A stretch of 64,000 nucleotides of DNA from a virus (Duplodnaviria; Caudoviricetes), in the IMG/VR virus record IMGVR_UViG_3300021254_000027, positions 1 through 64,000 of that record; one strand, 5' to 3'. Shown one piece after another: positions 31,139 to 43,352 of this stretch. Every line of letters starts with the position of its first letter. The stretch's first letter is position 1. The translations under genes and the position numbers were made by a program. A model generated the notes under the pieces. The model saw nothing but the letters and a program-made list of their open reading frames with translations. It did not search any database and was not told where the DNA came from.

Positions 31139-33136
31139 TTATTCTTTTTCTAAGTTCTGAAGCTGATTAAAGCTATAAGCAGGAGTCGTAACTCCATTCT
31201 CTGTACGTGTAGCATAACGCTGATATGTAGTACCACGCTGAGAAATCTGTACAACATATACATAAAGGTCAAACTTCTGACCAACATACATTTGATTTAC
31301 ATTAGCAATAGAGAAATCTGCTGTACCATTAGAAATGAATTGCTGAGACGCAGCAACAGGATAAATCTTAGTATCATAACCCTGATTCTCATTAGGAACC
31401 TGAGCAGCTACCTGCGCGAACATCTGATATTCAGCATCTTCATAAGGCATATTACCAATAGTAACATGGAACAAATTCTTATCAGAAGCATCTCGAGCAA
31501 TACTAATCTGATCACGTCTTAATTCAACCGGCATTGCTTCAATTTTAACTTCAGCACTAGTAGCGTGCGTTACAGTATTGTTCTTAGTATTAGTTGCAAT
31601 GCAATAATATACACCGCGGCCATTAGTCTTATTAGTATTACCTTGACTTGGATCATAAGTAGCTTCAGTGGCACCTGCAACAGGAGTTACAACACCAGTA
31701 AGGAAGTCCTTATGATACCATTGATATGTTAAAGCGCCATTAGCATCATCAACACTAATAGACATTGTAGAAGCATCAGTGTCAAGATACGCAAGGCCTG
31801 GAAGTGTGCGGCTATTAACAACAATGTCATGCGCAGGCTCAACATTAACAATTGCGCTATAAACATAGCGGATACCGCCCTGTGCATTTTCATTGCCAAT
31901 AAAGCACTGATATACGCCAGGAACATTGGTCTTTAAAGTACGATAAGTGGTTCCATCAGCAGGAGAAGCTACATAGTAAGTAACTCCATCAGCAACTTCT
32001 TCTTCTTCTGCAAGAACGTACTCGTCATCAACAAGTTTATACCAACCTTCCGCAGCAGGATTTACTCCTTCAGAAATAGTAGCAACAGCGTAAGTTGATT
32101 CAACTGGATCACTAAAAGTAATAGCTTTATTATTAGCGAGTTCATAAGTAATAACATTAGGAAGAGTTGCATCATTTACGACATTAGCATTTGGCTGGTC
32201 AATCATGATACTGTTCCAATTCCAATTAAATACTAAACGACCGCCATCTGGACTTACTGCATTTACAGTTAAAATAGTACTGTAATCATCTTCGTCTCCA
32301 TCATCATCAAAATCAATATCTCCCTCAGGAAGATTCAAGGTGATACGAGCAGGAGCCGCAGTTAAACTATTAATAATTGGACTATAAATTGCGCGAGAAT
32401 AAATAACGTCATTATAAGATTCACGTTCAGCTGCGTCTTTATCAAGAGTAAGAGTATTCTTAACAGCGACTTTAGCAGTTTGAGTCTCCAAACGGAAGTC
32501 CACTAAACCGCTCGCATTTACGTGTTCAAACTCAAAGAAAAATTCAATATTACCAGCAGCTGCAGTAGCTTCTTGAGAGATAGCCCAACCAAGATATAAA
32601 ACGTCACCAACAGCATATTTAACAACTGGAGTGGTCTTATAGAATTTAGTTTCACCCTTTAATCCAGCATTATACCAGAAAATATTGATATTGGTGCTTT
32701 CAAGTAAGTCAACTACATCATAAAAACGAGGCATATTGAAGAATAAAATTTCTGCCAAGTGATCGCCCAAAACACCAACGCCATTTTTATTGAACTCAGG
32801 TGGGACTGTAATTACACGAGTGTTAGTGTCAATGGTGAAATCAGGCTCATCAAAAGGAGCATGAATATAATCATACAAACGAGCCTTACCAGCAGCATTA
32901 TCAGTCTCAGTAATCTTTTTAACGACACGAACGTAAGTATTTAAAAGGTTAATGTCGTCTAAAAGTTTGCCGCTAATTAACTTGCCATTAGAATCAAAAT
33001 TAGCATCGACTTGTGCCTGAGATTCATCTAAGATATCTACATCGATGCCGACATCTGCGGCGTCACGAACAAACTGAACAGCAAATGCCTGATCACTAGC
33101 AAATTTAGTGCGGAGATCGTCTAAAGACATATACAT
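31139..33136 (-). CDS. Structural protein with a BppU_N-like domain and Ig-like domains (665 aa, no TAG)
   Basis: F.IDT.TR.I.VP...GDHLAE..FF..PRFYD..DL; Ig-like LTYQWY...GAT.ATY...G.YYC.ATN. Confidence 0.8.
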   Translation of the reverse strand: MYMSLDDLRTKFASDQAFAVQFVRDAADVGIDVDILDESQAQVDANFDSNGKLISGKLLDDINLLNTYVRVVKKITETDNAAGKARLYDYIHAPFDEPDFTIDTNTRVITVPPEFNKNGVGVLGDHLAEILFFNMPRFYDVVDLLESTNINIFWYNAGLKGETKFYKTTPVVKYAVGDVLYLGWAISQEATAAAGNIEFFFEFEHVNASGLVDFRLETQTAKVAVKNTLTLDKDAAERESYNDVIYSRAIYSPIINSLTAAPARITLNLPEGDIDFDDDGDEDDYSTILTVNAVSPDGGRLVFNWNWNSIMIDQPNANVVNDATLPNVITYELANNKAITFSDPVESTYAVATISEGVNPAAEGWYKLVDDEYVLAEEEEVADGVTYYVASPADGTTYRTLKTNVPGVYQCFIGNENAQGGIRYVYSAIVNVEPAHDIVVNSRTLPGLAYLDTDASTMSISVDDANGALTYQWYHKDFLTGVVTPVAGATEATYDPSQGNTNKTNGRGVYYCIATNTKNNTVTHATSAEVKIEAMPVELRRDQISIARDASDKNLFHVTIGNMPYEDAEYQMFAQVAAQVPNENQGYDTKIYPVAASQQFISNGTADFSIANVNQMYVGQKFDLYVYVVQISQRGTTYQRYATRTENGVTTPAYSFNQLQNLEKE

Positions 33137-33165
33137 AACTTATCGTTCTCCCTTCTATATATTGC

Positions 33166-33209
33166 AAAAAAAATAAGCGAGGATAAAGAGAGACCTCTTT
33201 ATCCTCGCT
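33166..33209 (-). terminator. Intrinsic terminator or attenuator-like hairpin
   Basis: 15-bp perfect stem AGCGAGGATAAAGAG/CTCTTTATCCTCGCT followed by TATTTTTTTT on the - strand. Confidence 0.8.
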
Positions 33210-33222
33210 ATCTCTCATTTTA

Positions 33223-33260
33223 ATTCAAAAATTAATGAGTGTTTTTAATGGACTTCGTCC
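33223..33260 (-). promoter_or_regulatory. Putative phage late-promoter motif, copy 2
   Basis: GGAC-N8-TTAA-N13-TTTTT-GAAT. Confidence 0.5.
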
Positions 33261-33460
33261 TAATCTATCTCTTCCCAAAAACCTTGATCGGCATATGGAC
33301 AAACCAATGCTTGATAACGAATTTTGGTTAATTTATTTCGGAGCCACTTTCTAGGACTGGCTTGGAGGTTTGCCATTTTAACATAGCGAACCTCTTCATC
33401 AGTAGGGCACTCAGATACGACCGTTCCATCTTCTAAATGATAGGTAACATAACAAATCAT
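33245..33460 (-). CDS. Hypothetical protein (71 aa, 1 TAG near the C-terminus)
   Basis: GGAGG RBS; read-through of TAG 33260 gives ...EEID*DEVH then TAA. Confidence 0.7.
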
Positions 33461-33474
33461 ACTTATTACCCTCC

Positions 33475-36400
33475 TTAGTCGATTAAACTAGTTTGAACAC
33501 GAACAGAGCCTTCACCAGAAACTCGTGTAGCACCAAAGGCATAAGTAGGCAAATAAACTCTTTCGTCTCCTTCGCCGGTATATTCAGTAAATGCAGTTTT
33601 CCAAGGCTCATTACCAGGTACTGCAGCTACAAAGTTCTATGCCTATTGCTCGTCTGCAAATTGTCCTTTCTCGAATTGGAAAGTAAGAGTATTTATCTTA
33701 GCACCACTAAGTGCCAAACCATCAACAACATTTACTACACTAGTAGTCTTTCCATTGACAGGATCGCTATTAACTTCTGCTGGGAATGCCCAAATTAAGT
33801 TATAACTATTATTGCCAGCCAATGTATCATTATGGAATGCTTCGGATCCAATCGTGCGGAGAGTACTTGGAATACCAGTAAGATAATACAAATCTCCACA
33901 ATTACGGAAGGCTCTTAAACCAATATATTCAATATTAATTGGTAACTGTTGGAGACCAAGTTTGCGGCAATCCATAAAGGCTTTAGCGCCGATATATAGA
34001 ATTGTTCTATTAGTATAGTTAACATCGTCTCGCATTGCTGTTAATGTCAATGTTAATTCAGAGCATCCACTAAATGCATAGTCTCCAATTACACGAACTC
34101 CTGCTAAATTAGTTTCGCCATAAATTAGACCAGAATTACTACTGTAATAACGACAGAAGGTTAAATTAGAACAATTTTCAAAAGCATGTCCACCGATACG
34201 TGGCCAATAATTACCAATACCAATCTTAGGATCATTGTGCATTGTAATAATTTCTGTCGCATCAAAGGTCGGAGCAAAAATAACTTCGCCGAGACCAGTA
34301 CATTCAGCAAAAGCATAATCGCCAATGTTCAAAATATCATTAGGAATCTGACCAAAGTTTAAAGAAGTATCTCCTCTAAATGTACCATTAGAAATAATTT
34401 TAAGTGTATCTGGCAAACCTGAAATATGTAAATTAGGACAATAAGCAAAAATCATATCATTATTAATACCTGTGTTATGAGTCGTGTCACATCCACCAAT
34501 TGTCTCTAACTGCTAAAGTGCAGCAAGATCAATATATTCTAAAGTGGTATTAGGCGCACTATCAGAGCCATTAAATCCTGCTTTAATAGCACCATTTCCA
34601 CCATCAGCAATATATTTAATAGGGCATCCTTCTTCGAAATACAAACGTCTTAAAGAAGGAGATTCATTCTTTACAGAGACAACATACTTACCATCAATCA
34701 TCTTAGGAACACAAATGGCACCAACAGATACAGATTTATCAATAACTGCAACAACACCATCATTAATATCATAAGTCGCGCCATCAGCTTCGAAAGTAGT
34801 AACATTAAATAAATCAATTGCATTCTTATTATTATCTTCTGTTGGTGTACGAGTTTTAAAGTATGCTGTTGGAGGATTGGCCAATGTATCCATATAAACA
34901 GGTTGAGAATATACAGGATATAAAGTTACATTAGACTAGACAACAAAGTCTGTGTAATCAGAACTACCAAATTTAAATGTATCCAAAAGTTGAATTGTAG
35001 TTTTAGATACATCGCCATCATGGTTAGGATCATAATCAATAACTGCTGGTAAATTAGTAGGTAAATTAATCTAACTACCATATTCATAATCAATTACATC
35101 CCATTGCTCTGCAGGAGTAACTCCTTGAGGAGTATACATAAATGTAACTTGATAAATACGTTTGTGCATCAAGAAAATTGGATACAAATCTATCTGTTGA
35201 TCTGTATAATCATCTTCTGTCAAAGACTCTGGGCAATTTTCATCTGCGGTATAAGTATTATCCGCTGAATTATAAGTCATTTCAATGCCTTCCGCAAGAT
35301 ATCCAGCAAGAACAGATTCAGAAGGAGTGGCCTCAACTTGAGTATAACTCCATCCCTTAAATTCATAAGTCCATTCAACACCAGGTGCGATTGCAGGAGT
35401 GGCAACTTGAGTCTCTAAATGCTCTTTAAGATTAAATCCAATCGCTTCATTAGAACCAATGGTAATTGAGTTCTTATAAGTTGCGGTAGAATATACTGGA
35501 TCTCCTGTATTAGGAGCATGAATAACAATATCATAACCAGCAATAATTTTTTCAGGATTCTTATAAACAATCTTCAAGTTAGGGAACAACTGGCCATATT
35601 TATTTTTGATATCTAAATCATTAATCCAATAGTCTCCATTATTAATGGTAATAGTACCACCAAAATAAGTATTATTAGTTAATGCACGACTAATTGTATT
35701 ATTAGTACCATCCGCTGCAGTAGTTGTATAACCACTAGGAATATTAGCGATATAATCTAAAATTTTGATGTCATTAATTACATCGTCTACTAAGACACAA
35801 GTATCTTCATTGATTTCGTTAACTGTCCAATTAATATCTGGTAAACGAATATTCAAAATCTGACCCTATTCATCTTCATCCTGTGCCATAATGGTATTCA
35901 TTAAAGCATAAGTGTCAACCTTAGGACAATTTTCAATACTAATACCATTAAGATTGGCTACACTTTCAAAAGTCAAATTAGAAGGATTGGTCTTAGTATC
36001 AAAGAATAAAACATCTTTTAAATTTAAAACTGTCGTAGAAGCTGGTAACTCTAAGTGTTTTAAATCTGCGCCTGCCGCAAATCTAATTACTCTAAGATTA
36101 GAACCTGTTGCATAAACATTCTTTAAATAAACTTGCGCAGTTAAATCTAAAGTAGTATTTGCGAAGAGGGCTCTCTATAAATAAACATCTTCAAGTAATG
36201 GGCAGTTACTTAAACCACCAATAGTAGTAGCTTTATCTGTTTTATAAGAAGGATCATCACAGCCAAGACGTAAAACACGAATTTTATTCTTACTATTGAA
36301 TGTTATCTGCAATAAGAATTTATCAGATAAATCTCCAATATCATATATCTCTCCAAGATGGAAGATATATGCTTCTGTATCACCCAAAGAGCTTGGAAGC

Positions 36401-39400
36401 ACACCGGCTGGAGCAATTGTCTAAACTGGAGTATTAGGAGCCAATTTAATAATTTGAACTGGGTTATTACCACCAATTTGAGTTGCACCATACTGAGTAC
36501 TTTGAGATTTAAAAGTAAATTGTAAAGTATGAGGATCTGGATGGTATTTTGCGCCGCTTGGGTTAGGCTATGTATTTTCGGCATCAAGATATGCAGAGCA
36601 ACCATTCATACGTAAATCAATATCAGCAACGCCGCCTTTTCCAGTTGGTATAGCATATTTACTATCTAAGAAAGCAAAACGATGCTCTAAGAAATGACGT
36701 CTATGCAAAGAACGAGTTCCTTGCTCTGCGTGAATCCAGTTAACACCGACTTTAGTGGTAGTAACACCATTAACAGTAACAGTAGTTTCTTCAGTTAATG
36801 GACGAATATATTTGTACCAACCGTCTTTGTTATCATAAATTTCTGCGAAGGCATCTGCTTGCATTTCATTATAACTCTTAGTTAAGAAATCAACAGTGAA
36901 CTTGCCACCATTGCGCATACGATTATACAAAGTAGTAATATCATCATAGAAAGCTTCACGAACGTTAGCCCACAAAGTACTGTACATACCATTTGCTACC
37001 CAGTTACCATCTTCATAATGACCATAATTTGCACGAGCATTATATGCAAGAGTGTCAATTTCGTCATCAACATCATAACTATAACGCAAAACACCTGAGT
37101 TATCAACACCAAGAATAGTATCCATATCATAGAAAATTGGATACCAATGTCCAGTGTTATTAACATTATCAATATCGAAAGAGCACATCATCATATTCTT
37201 ACCACGAGAATCAAGCATCAAAAGGGCCTCAGTCATGATATAATAGAATAATGTGAAATCTTTACGCATATAAGTATCAAATTCGTCTTTAAACTTTGCT
37301 AAACGATATTCACGAGTATCTTTAGTATAAGTTGTTCCACCATAAGTAACAGGGGTAATATCACGATCTGGATCAGCATAATTTTGGTCAGTAGTATGCA
37401 ACCAGTTTATTAAACGCTAGAATGCACGCTTATCAGATCCAACTTGGTCTTCATATTCTGGATAACGAGATTCAAAAGCTGCAGTCCAAATATCCATATC
37501 ATCGACGCCTTCATGCCAGTCGATACGGAATCCGCACAAGTCAGCAGCATTATTTAAAAACTCCCAGCATTGAATGGTTCCAGGTCCTTCAACCTTTTCA
37601 TACAAAGGTCCTGTTTTTGTTACATATGTTTTAAACGCCGCAGCGCTATTACCAGTCCAAACGGCGTCATCTCTTGGGGCAGTATAATAAGTCTTTGATG
37701 CAAGATTATCTTCGTCCCACTTTTTACTTTCATCAACAGTACCTTGGAATCCAGTAATGTAATTATTATTTGCATCAACCAAACGTCCATAAGTACCATC
37801 TTCATCAGGTTCAAAACCGAACAAAGAGTGTTCTGCCTTATCGGTATCAAAATTATAACGACCAATATAGGTTTCAGTACCAATAGAATCGCCGGTGCGC
37901 CAGAAAGCAATAACCGGACATCCGACTACATTGTTACAAATAGTCTTATCAGGATATTGCTCTTGTGCGACAGACTTAATATTAACACTATCATAAATCG
38001 CTGCGAGAGCGTTACCAGTACCAGTATTATGCGCCAAAGAAGAATCCATATAGTCAGCTTTCAAAGTAAACAATGCTACCTTAGGAAGCTTAGTCCACTT
38101 CTCCTGCTCAGCAAGAGCTTTCTCTTGTGTAGCAGCATCCATACTATCTAATCCTTCAATTGGAATAGCAGGCAATAATGAATACTTATCTTTCTTATTC
38201 ATAAAGCGTACACGTAAGTTCTTTACTGGATACGCTAATGAAGAAGTACCTTGCGCATATACAACAGCTTCAACAGGAGCATTAGCAGTACCAAAATTAC
38301 GATCTGGATGCTCTGGGTCAACAAAATAACAAGGCATATAACGGAAATCTTTTTTACCGGTTGGAAGAGCACGAATAGTACCAGTACCACCAGTTTGATT
38401 TACGTATTCGCCTTTATCATTAAGAACTTTAATTGGATTACCTTCAGAATCAAGAATATTACCTTTCTTATCACCAGTAGCTAAACCACCAGTAAATACG
38501 ATATAAGGAATATTACCAAGACTTTGGACTTTAGTCAAAGAAATTTCATCATTACTATTTAAAGCATCATTGTTTTCTGCAATAGCAAGACGCTCTGCAA
38601 CCGTAGGGAGATCCGCCGCATAGTTATTCAAAACAATACGGTCACTACTGTAAACGCTATATACACGAACACTATAAAGATCAATGTCTCCATAAGTGGA
38701 ATCAAAGATTAAGTAAGAAGGACTTTCGCTAGATGAGTCTTGAATATTGCCACTGTACTTAACCAAACCAGAAAGAACACCATTTACATAAGTGTAAATT
38801 AAGTTCGCATTAGTATTATTTGCACTATTAGATTGGATAGAGAAAGTAATATGAACACGCTGATCTTCAGTTATATATGCGCGCAAACCATTTGTTGCTG
38901 CACGTTCATCTTCTGTAAGAGCTGCATCTTCTTCTGGAGTATGATAATTAGTCTGGTCCTAAGTATTCATACAAATCTTATCACCAGTACCAACAATACC
39001 AGTATAAACTTTACCTCTATACCAAGAAGCGCCATTAATTAAAATCTGGTTAACATCACGGACATTAGAAACTTTATAGTTAATTTCAATTGTTTTACCA
39101 GTTCCTTGTGCACCACGATCATCTGTATTTTCACCAGAGAACATTGCAAAAGGAATAGTTAATTTTGCACCATTTGTCAAGTGTAAACTTGTAACAAGAT
39201 TATCATCAGTAATCCAACCATTGGTGTTCCAGTTGAAATTTTCAAAATTACACTCAATATTTTTATAAGTCCAAGTTGCAGGATTAGATTCATCATTACT
39301 GCGTCCTGCCGCGCTTAAACTAAGCTGCAATGAACTGGTTTCAATTTCAGGAAGCTCAGCTTGCAAAGCAGTTACTGTAATATTTTCGATTGTTTCTGCT

Positions 39401-40719
39401 AAGTTATAATCATCAATAGCAACAACAAAACGCCAAGTACCAGCTTTACTTAAAATAACATTCCAAGTATGAGATTCATTATAAGTAACTGCCGCAGTTT
39501 GATCAACCATTAATTCTTCACCGCAATAAGCAGTTAAATGAACATTTGCAGTTGAACCTTCATATGCGGCTAAGTATTCAACCTGAGCGGTTTGATACTG
39601 TTCATATGTACTCTTGCCTAAACTAGCAGATAACATAGGAATTGTGGAATCGGCACTACGATAAATAAATGAAGTAGTAACCTCTGGAGAAGTTAGCCAT
39701 TCATTTTCATTAATATCAGGACGTGCCGTAATCCATACATCAACAGTATAATTACCTTCAATATGAGCAGATAGATCAAGAGTGTAAATATATTCTTGGC
39801 CACCATCAACATTAGAACTAAATGGTACTCTATCAGTAACAGGATTTAAATATCCAGGGATATTCATTCTAATGTTAATATAACGCTCTGCCATAGTACT
39901 TGCGCCATAAGGACGAATTGGTAATTGCAAACTATCACGAGAAGTAACACCTAAGTTAGATGCTACAATAACACTTAAATCAATTAAGCGGATATCATTA
40001 TAAACAACAGAAGCTGCATGGCTATATTCATTTACGAAACGCAAAAGAACTTTATTAGATTCGTTGATAAGGAAATAAGAAGAATATCTCTGTAAATCAA
40101 CAGTAGTATATACGCCTTGAGTTACCTTACGAATCGTACCAGCATAGTTGTCATTAATAGTGACTTCAACATCAATCGTAGTATCTGGTAAAGAGTCAAC
40201 AACCTTAAATCCAATAGGGATTGAATTGTTTGCGGCGATAATATTATAGTTTTGATTTGGGTCTTTTGCTACAGTTAAACCACTAGTAATTCCACCGCCG
40301 CCACCAGATCCAGCTACAGTTAATTTAGAGGTTGTAATTAAAGTATTGCGTTCATTTTCAGGATCAACGGCAACATTTAATACACGATAAAAGCACCCAT
40401 CTGAATTGATAATAATATCATCAGTGCTTGGAGCCTCTTCAGTAGAACCGTTAAATTCAGCTGGGAAATTAAAAATGAATGTATTACTTTCGGTTTCTTC
40501 AACGGTAAAATCTCTAACTCCGAAATAAATACCGCTGCTACCGCCAAAAGCATAACGATCTTCATATGAATTTCCATGAGGATCTGTAAAGTCACAATCT
40601 AAATAAATCTTCTTTGTATCAACTGCAAAAGAAAGACGACCATCTTCAAGACTTAATGCCTTAATATATTGATCGCGTCCTTTCATTAACTGTAATACAG
40701 AGTTATCAGTTGTACTCAT
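33475..40719 (-). CDS. Giant tail-associated protein: N-terminal fibre module, LamG-like region, CotH-type kinase domain, LRRs and BspA-type LRR_5 (2414 aa, about 11 TAG)
   Basis: Seven track fragments share one frame. QGTSS..YPVKN, FTLKADYMDSS..HN, YIGRYNF, DSRGKNMM, WYPIFYDMD; C-terminal (L/I)P.....IG..AF..C..L repeats; GGAGGAG RBS. Confidence 0.82.
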
Positions 40720-40743
40720 ACAATTTTGCTCCTCCTTCTCTTA

Positions 40744-40775
40744 AAAATAGGAGGGTCATAAGACCCTCCCCTATT
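40744..40775 (-). terminator. Intrinsic terminator
   Basis: AATAGGGGAGGGTC-TTAT-GACCCTCCTATTTTT on the - strand. Confidence 0.75.
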
Positions 40776-40781
40776 TCATAT

Positions 40782-42302
40782 TTATGGATTTGGATCAAAA
40801 GAAATCCAAGTCAAATGCTATTCAAGAGATTCAACAGTGTCAGATAAATTTTCTAAATTATTAGCAACAGTAGTGATATTACTTTCCGCTGTTGTCATTC
40901 TGTTGCCAAGCCCATCAATACGAGCTCCTAAAGCAGTATCTGCTGCTCCACGAGCACTTGCTTCTTGCGCGACTTGATATGCGACAGACCCTTCAGTCTG
41001 ATCACTACCAGTTAAAATACCAACATCATCTTCAAGATCTTCTACCCTATTAGTTAAACTAGAAGTAGCATTTGCAATTTTATAATCAACAGACCCTTGA
41101 GTTGTACTATCACCATTTAAGGTTGTAATTTGCCCCTAAATGGTAGTAATATTTCCTTGCGCAGTAGTAATATTACCCTCCGCGGTGGTCATTCTAGTTT
41201 TTAAACTATCAATATTATCTTCTGCATTTTCCATACGATTTTGAAGATTTGATACATCACTACCTAAATTAGTAATTTGGGTATTCATAGAAGCTGCAGA
41301 ATCAGCATGAGTGCTAATCCAATCAGAAATTTCTTTTAAAGTGTCAAAATCATTTGGAGCATTAGCTACAATCGCTGCGATGGCATCATCAACGGTCTTT
41401 TTGACAGAACCAACAGTGCCATCAGTTTTATTTAATAAAGTAATTGCTGCGGTATTAGCGCTTACGTCATCACTTAAGTCTTCAACATCGTTTTCAAGAT
41501 CTCCAATACGAGTAGTTAAACCAGTATCTTCGCTCTCTCTTGCTGTACGCTCCGCTGCAATTAAATTAAGAACAGAACCTTCAGTATTTGCATCACCATC
41601 TAATTTGGTGAGGACTGTTGTATGTCCACTAACAGTATCTTGTAAATTTTCAATATCATTCTCTATACCACTAACTTTGGTCTTTAAATTTCCAACGTCA
41701 GTTTTTAAAGTTCTGATTTCATCAGCAAGAGCTTTAAATGTAGTATATTGTGTTTCAGATCCAAGCAACGCCGCAGTAGCTGTCGCAACAGCATTAAGAA
41801 TAGAACCTGCTGTATTAGCATCGCCTTTAAACATCGCAATGTCTGCCGCAGCGGAAGTTTTGAAATCTTCAAGATTTTCTACTCTTGTTTTTAATCTATC
41901 AAGCTCTTCTGTAGTAGCTACACTAGCTTTTGTAACAACAAGACGTAATGTACCATCGTCAGCAACAGTTGTCGTAATATCAGTCACAACATTACCTGTT
42001 GGGCTGCTATTAACTCCGACAACGCCGGCTTTATTAATCTGAACCCAAGAATTGCTAGTTGAATTCCAACGAGCTAAGATATTGCCTGTTTTTACATAAT
42101 AAAGCGCAGTTTCATAAGCATGACCAGTGGCAGGTAAATCATTAACAGTATTAACTGGAATGAAATCACCAAGACGGATACGTTTTGTACCATTGTCTAT
42201 ATACATTGCACTTTCATCAGTGGTTACATATATAGTACCATCTTGTACTTGCGCAGGCAAATTCGCTAATAAACCACGTTTAAACTGAATATTAGCTGGC
42301 AT
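40782..42302 (-). CDS. Coiled-coil tail fibre/whisker-like protein (506 aa)
   Basis: MPANIQFKRG N-module; heptad-rich; repeated L.G.....GSV; APNDFDTLKEISDWI; ends LTWISFDPNP. Confidence 0.8.
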
Positions 42303-42323
42303 TTATATTACTCCTTTCTTTAA

Positions 42324-43259
42324 TTATTCTTCTTCGTCAATAGACTCCCAAACATACTAACCATAATTATTAATCATGTATGTTACATAATCTTCGACAT
42401 TATTATAAGTATGGCCCTCTGGATCGGTATAGACAGATTGCCCACCAGAAGAGGAAACTGTAACCCAACTTCCAGTTGCATTTAAGAACAATTGTGCCTT
42501 CTCTGCCGTAGTTAGCGTACTAGCAGCAACAGGAACAAGTCCAGAAACAGTTCCATTAAATAAAGGAATAATTGAGTCAGCATTATTTGCAAGCTCTGCA
42601 TAAATACCCGTAGCGGGAACATTAACTAAATCACCAGTTTCAGGATCAGTTGTAGAACTTGCTTTATGTCCAATTAAACTTTCAAGATCGGCTGTAGTTG
42701 CATAACCATTTAAATCAACGAAAGGACCTAATTCAATCCAGTCAGTTCCATTCCAAGCGTATTCTTTATCACCTACTTGATAAACATCGCCCTCAGAAGG
42801 ATTACTGATTAAATCTAAGTCTGTAGTCGTTCCCTAGAAGTGGAATGCACTAGCTGCGGCAGATTGTAAATTTGCAAGAGCAGTTTGTAAATTACTAACT
42901 GTTCCCTCTAATGTAGTTACTCGTGCCGCAATAGGATTAGAAGATGTGTCTCCAATGAGAACCCATCCATCTGTGCTTGAAGCATAAACAAAAGCTAAAG
43001 CACTACCATCACCATTTCTTACAACAGTAATGTCGCCCTTAACCACTGGAGACGCTCCGACAATAGCAGCAATAGCATCAGCATCTGTCTATTCTGCTTG
43101 TCGTGTACCAATATATACATGAGCTTGTCCAAAAGGAGTTTCGCCACGATACAACTCATTTGTATCAAGCAAGAAATATAAAGCATTATTTTGTTTGGCT
43201 TCAAGAGCAGCATATTCCGCAGCGGAACCAAACTTAAATAAAACTTTTTGATTCGGCAT
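42324..43259 (-). CDS. Tail fibre-associated protein (311 aa)
   Basis: MPNQKVLFKFG start; fragments 43089 and 42834 in frame; GDVYQVGDKEYAWNGTDWIELG; ends YVWESIDEEE. Confidence 0.78.
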
Positions 43260-43303
43260 TATCTCTTCACTTCCTTTCAAACTAAGTATCTGTCTCTTTA
43301 TAA

Positions 43304-43341
43304 GATAAAAAATAAGCCCGAATACTTAACGCATTCGGGCC
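43304..43341 (-). promoter_or_regulatory. Terminator hairpin coinciding with putative late-promoter motif, copy 3
   Basis: GCCCGAATGC-GTTAA-GTATTCGGGC-TTATTTTTT; also matches GGCC-N8-TTAA-N13-TTTTT. Confidence 0.6.
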
Positions 43342-43352
43342 AATAGTATTTA

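Noticed and set aside
15926-43352. Suppressor tRNA or other ncRNA in intergenic gaps
   Set aside because: The gaps are short and hold only simple hairpins; no cloverleaf or T-loop GTTC pattern was seen.
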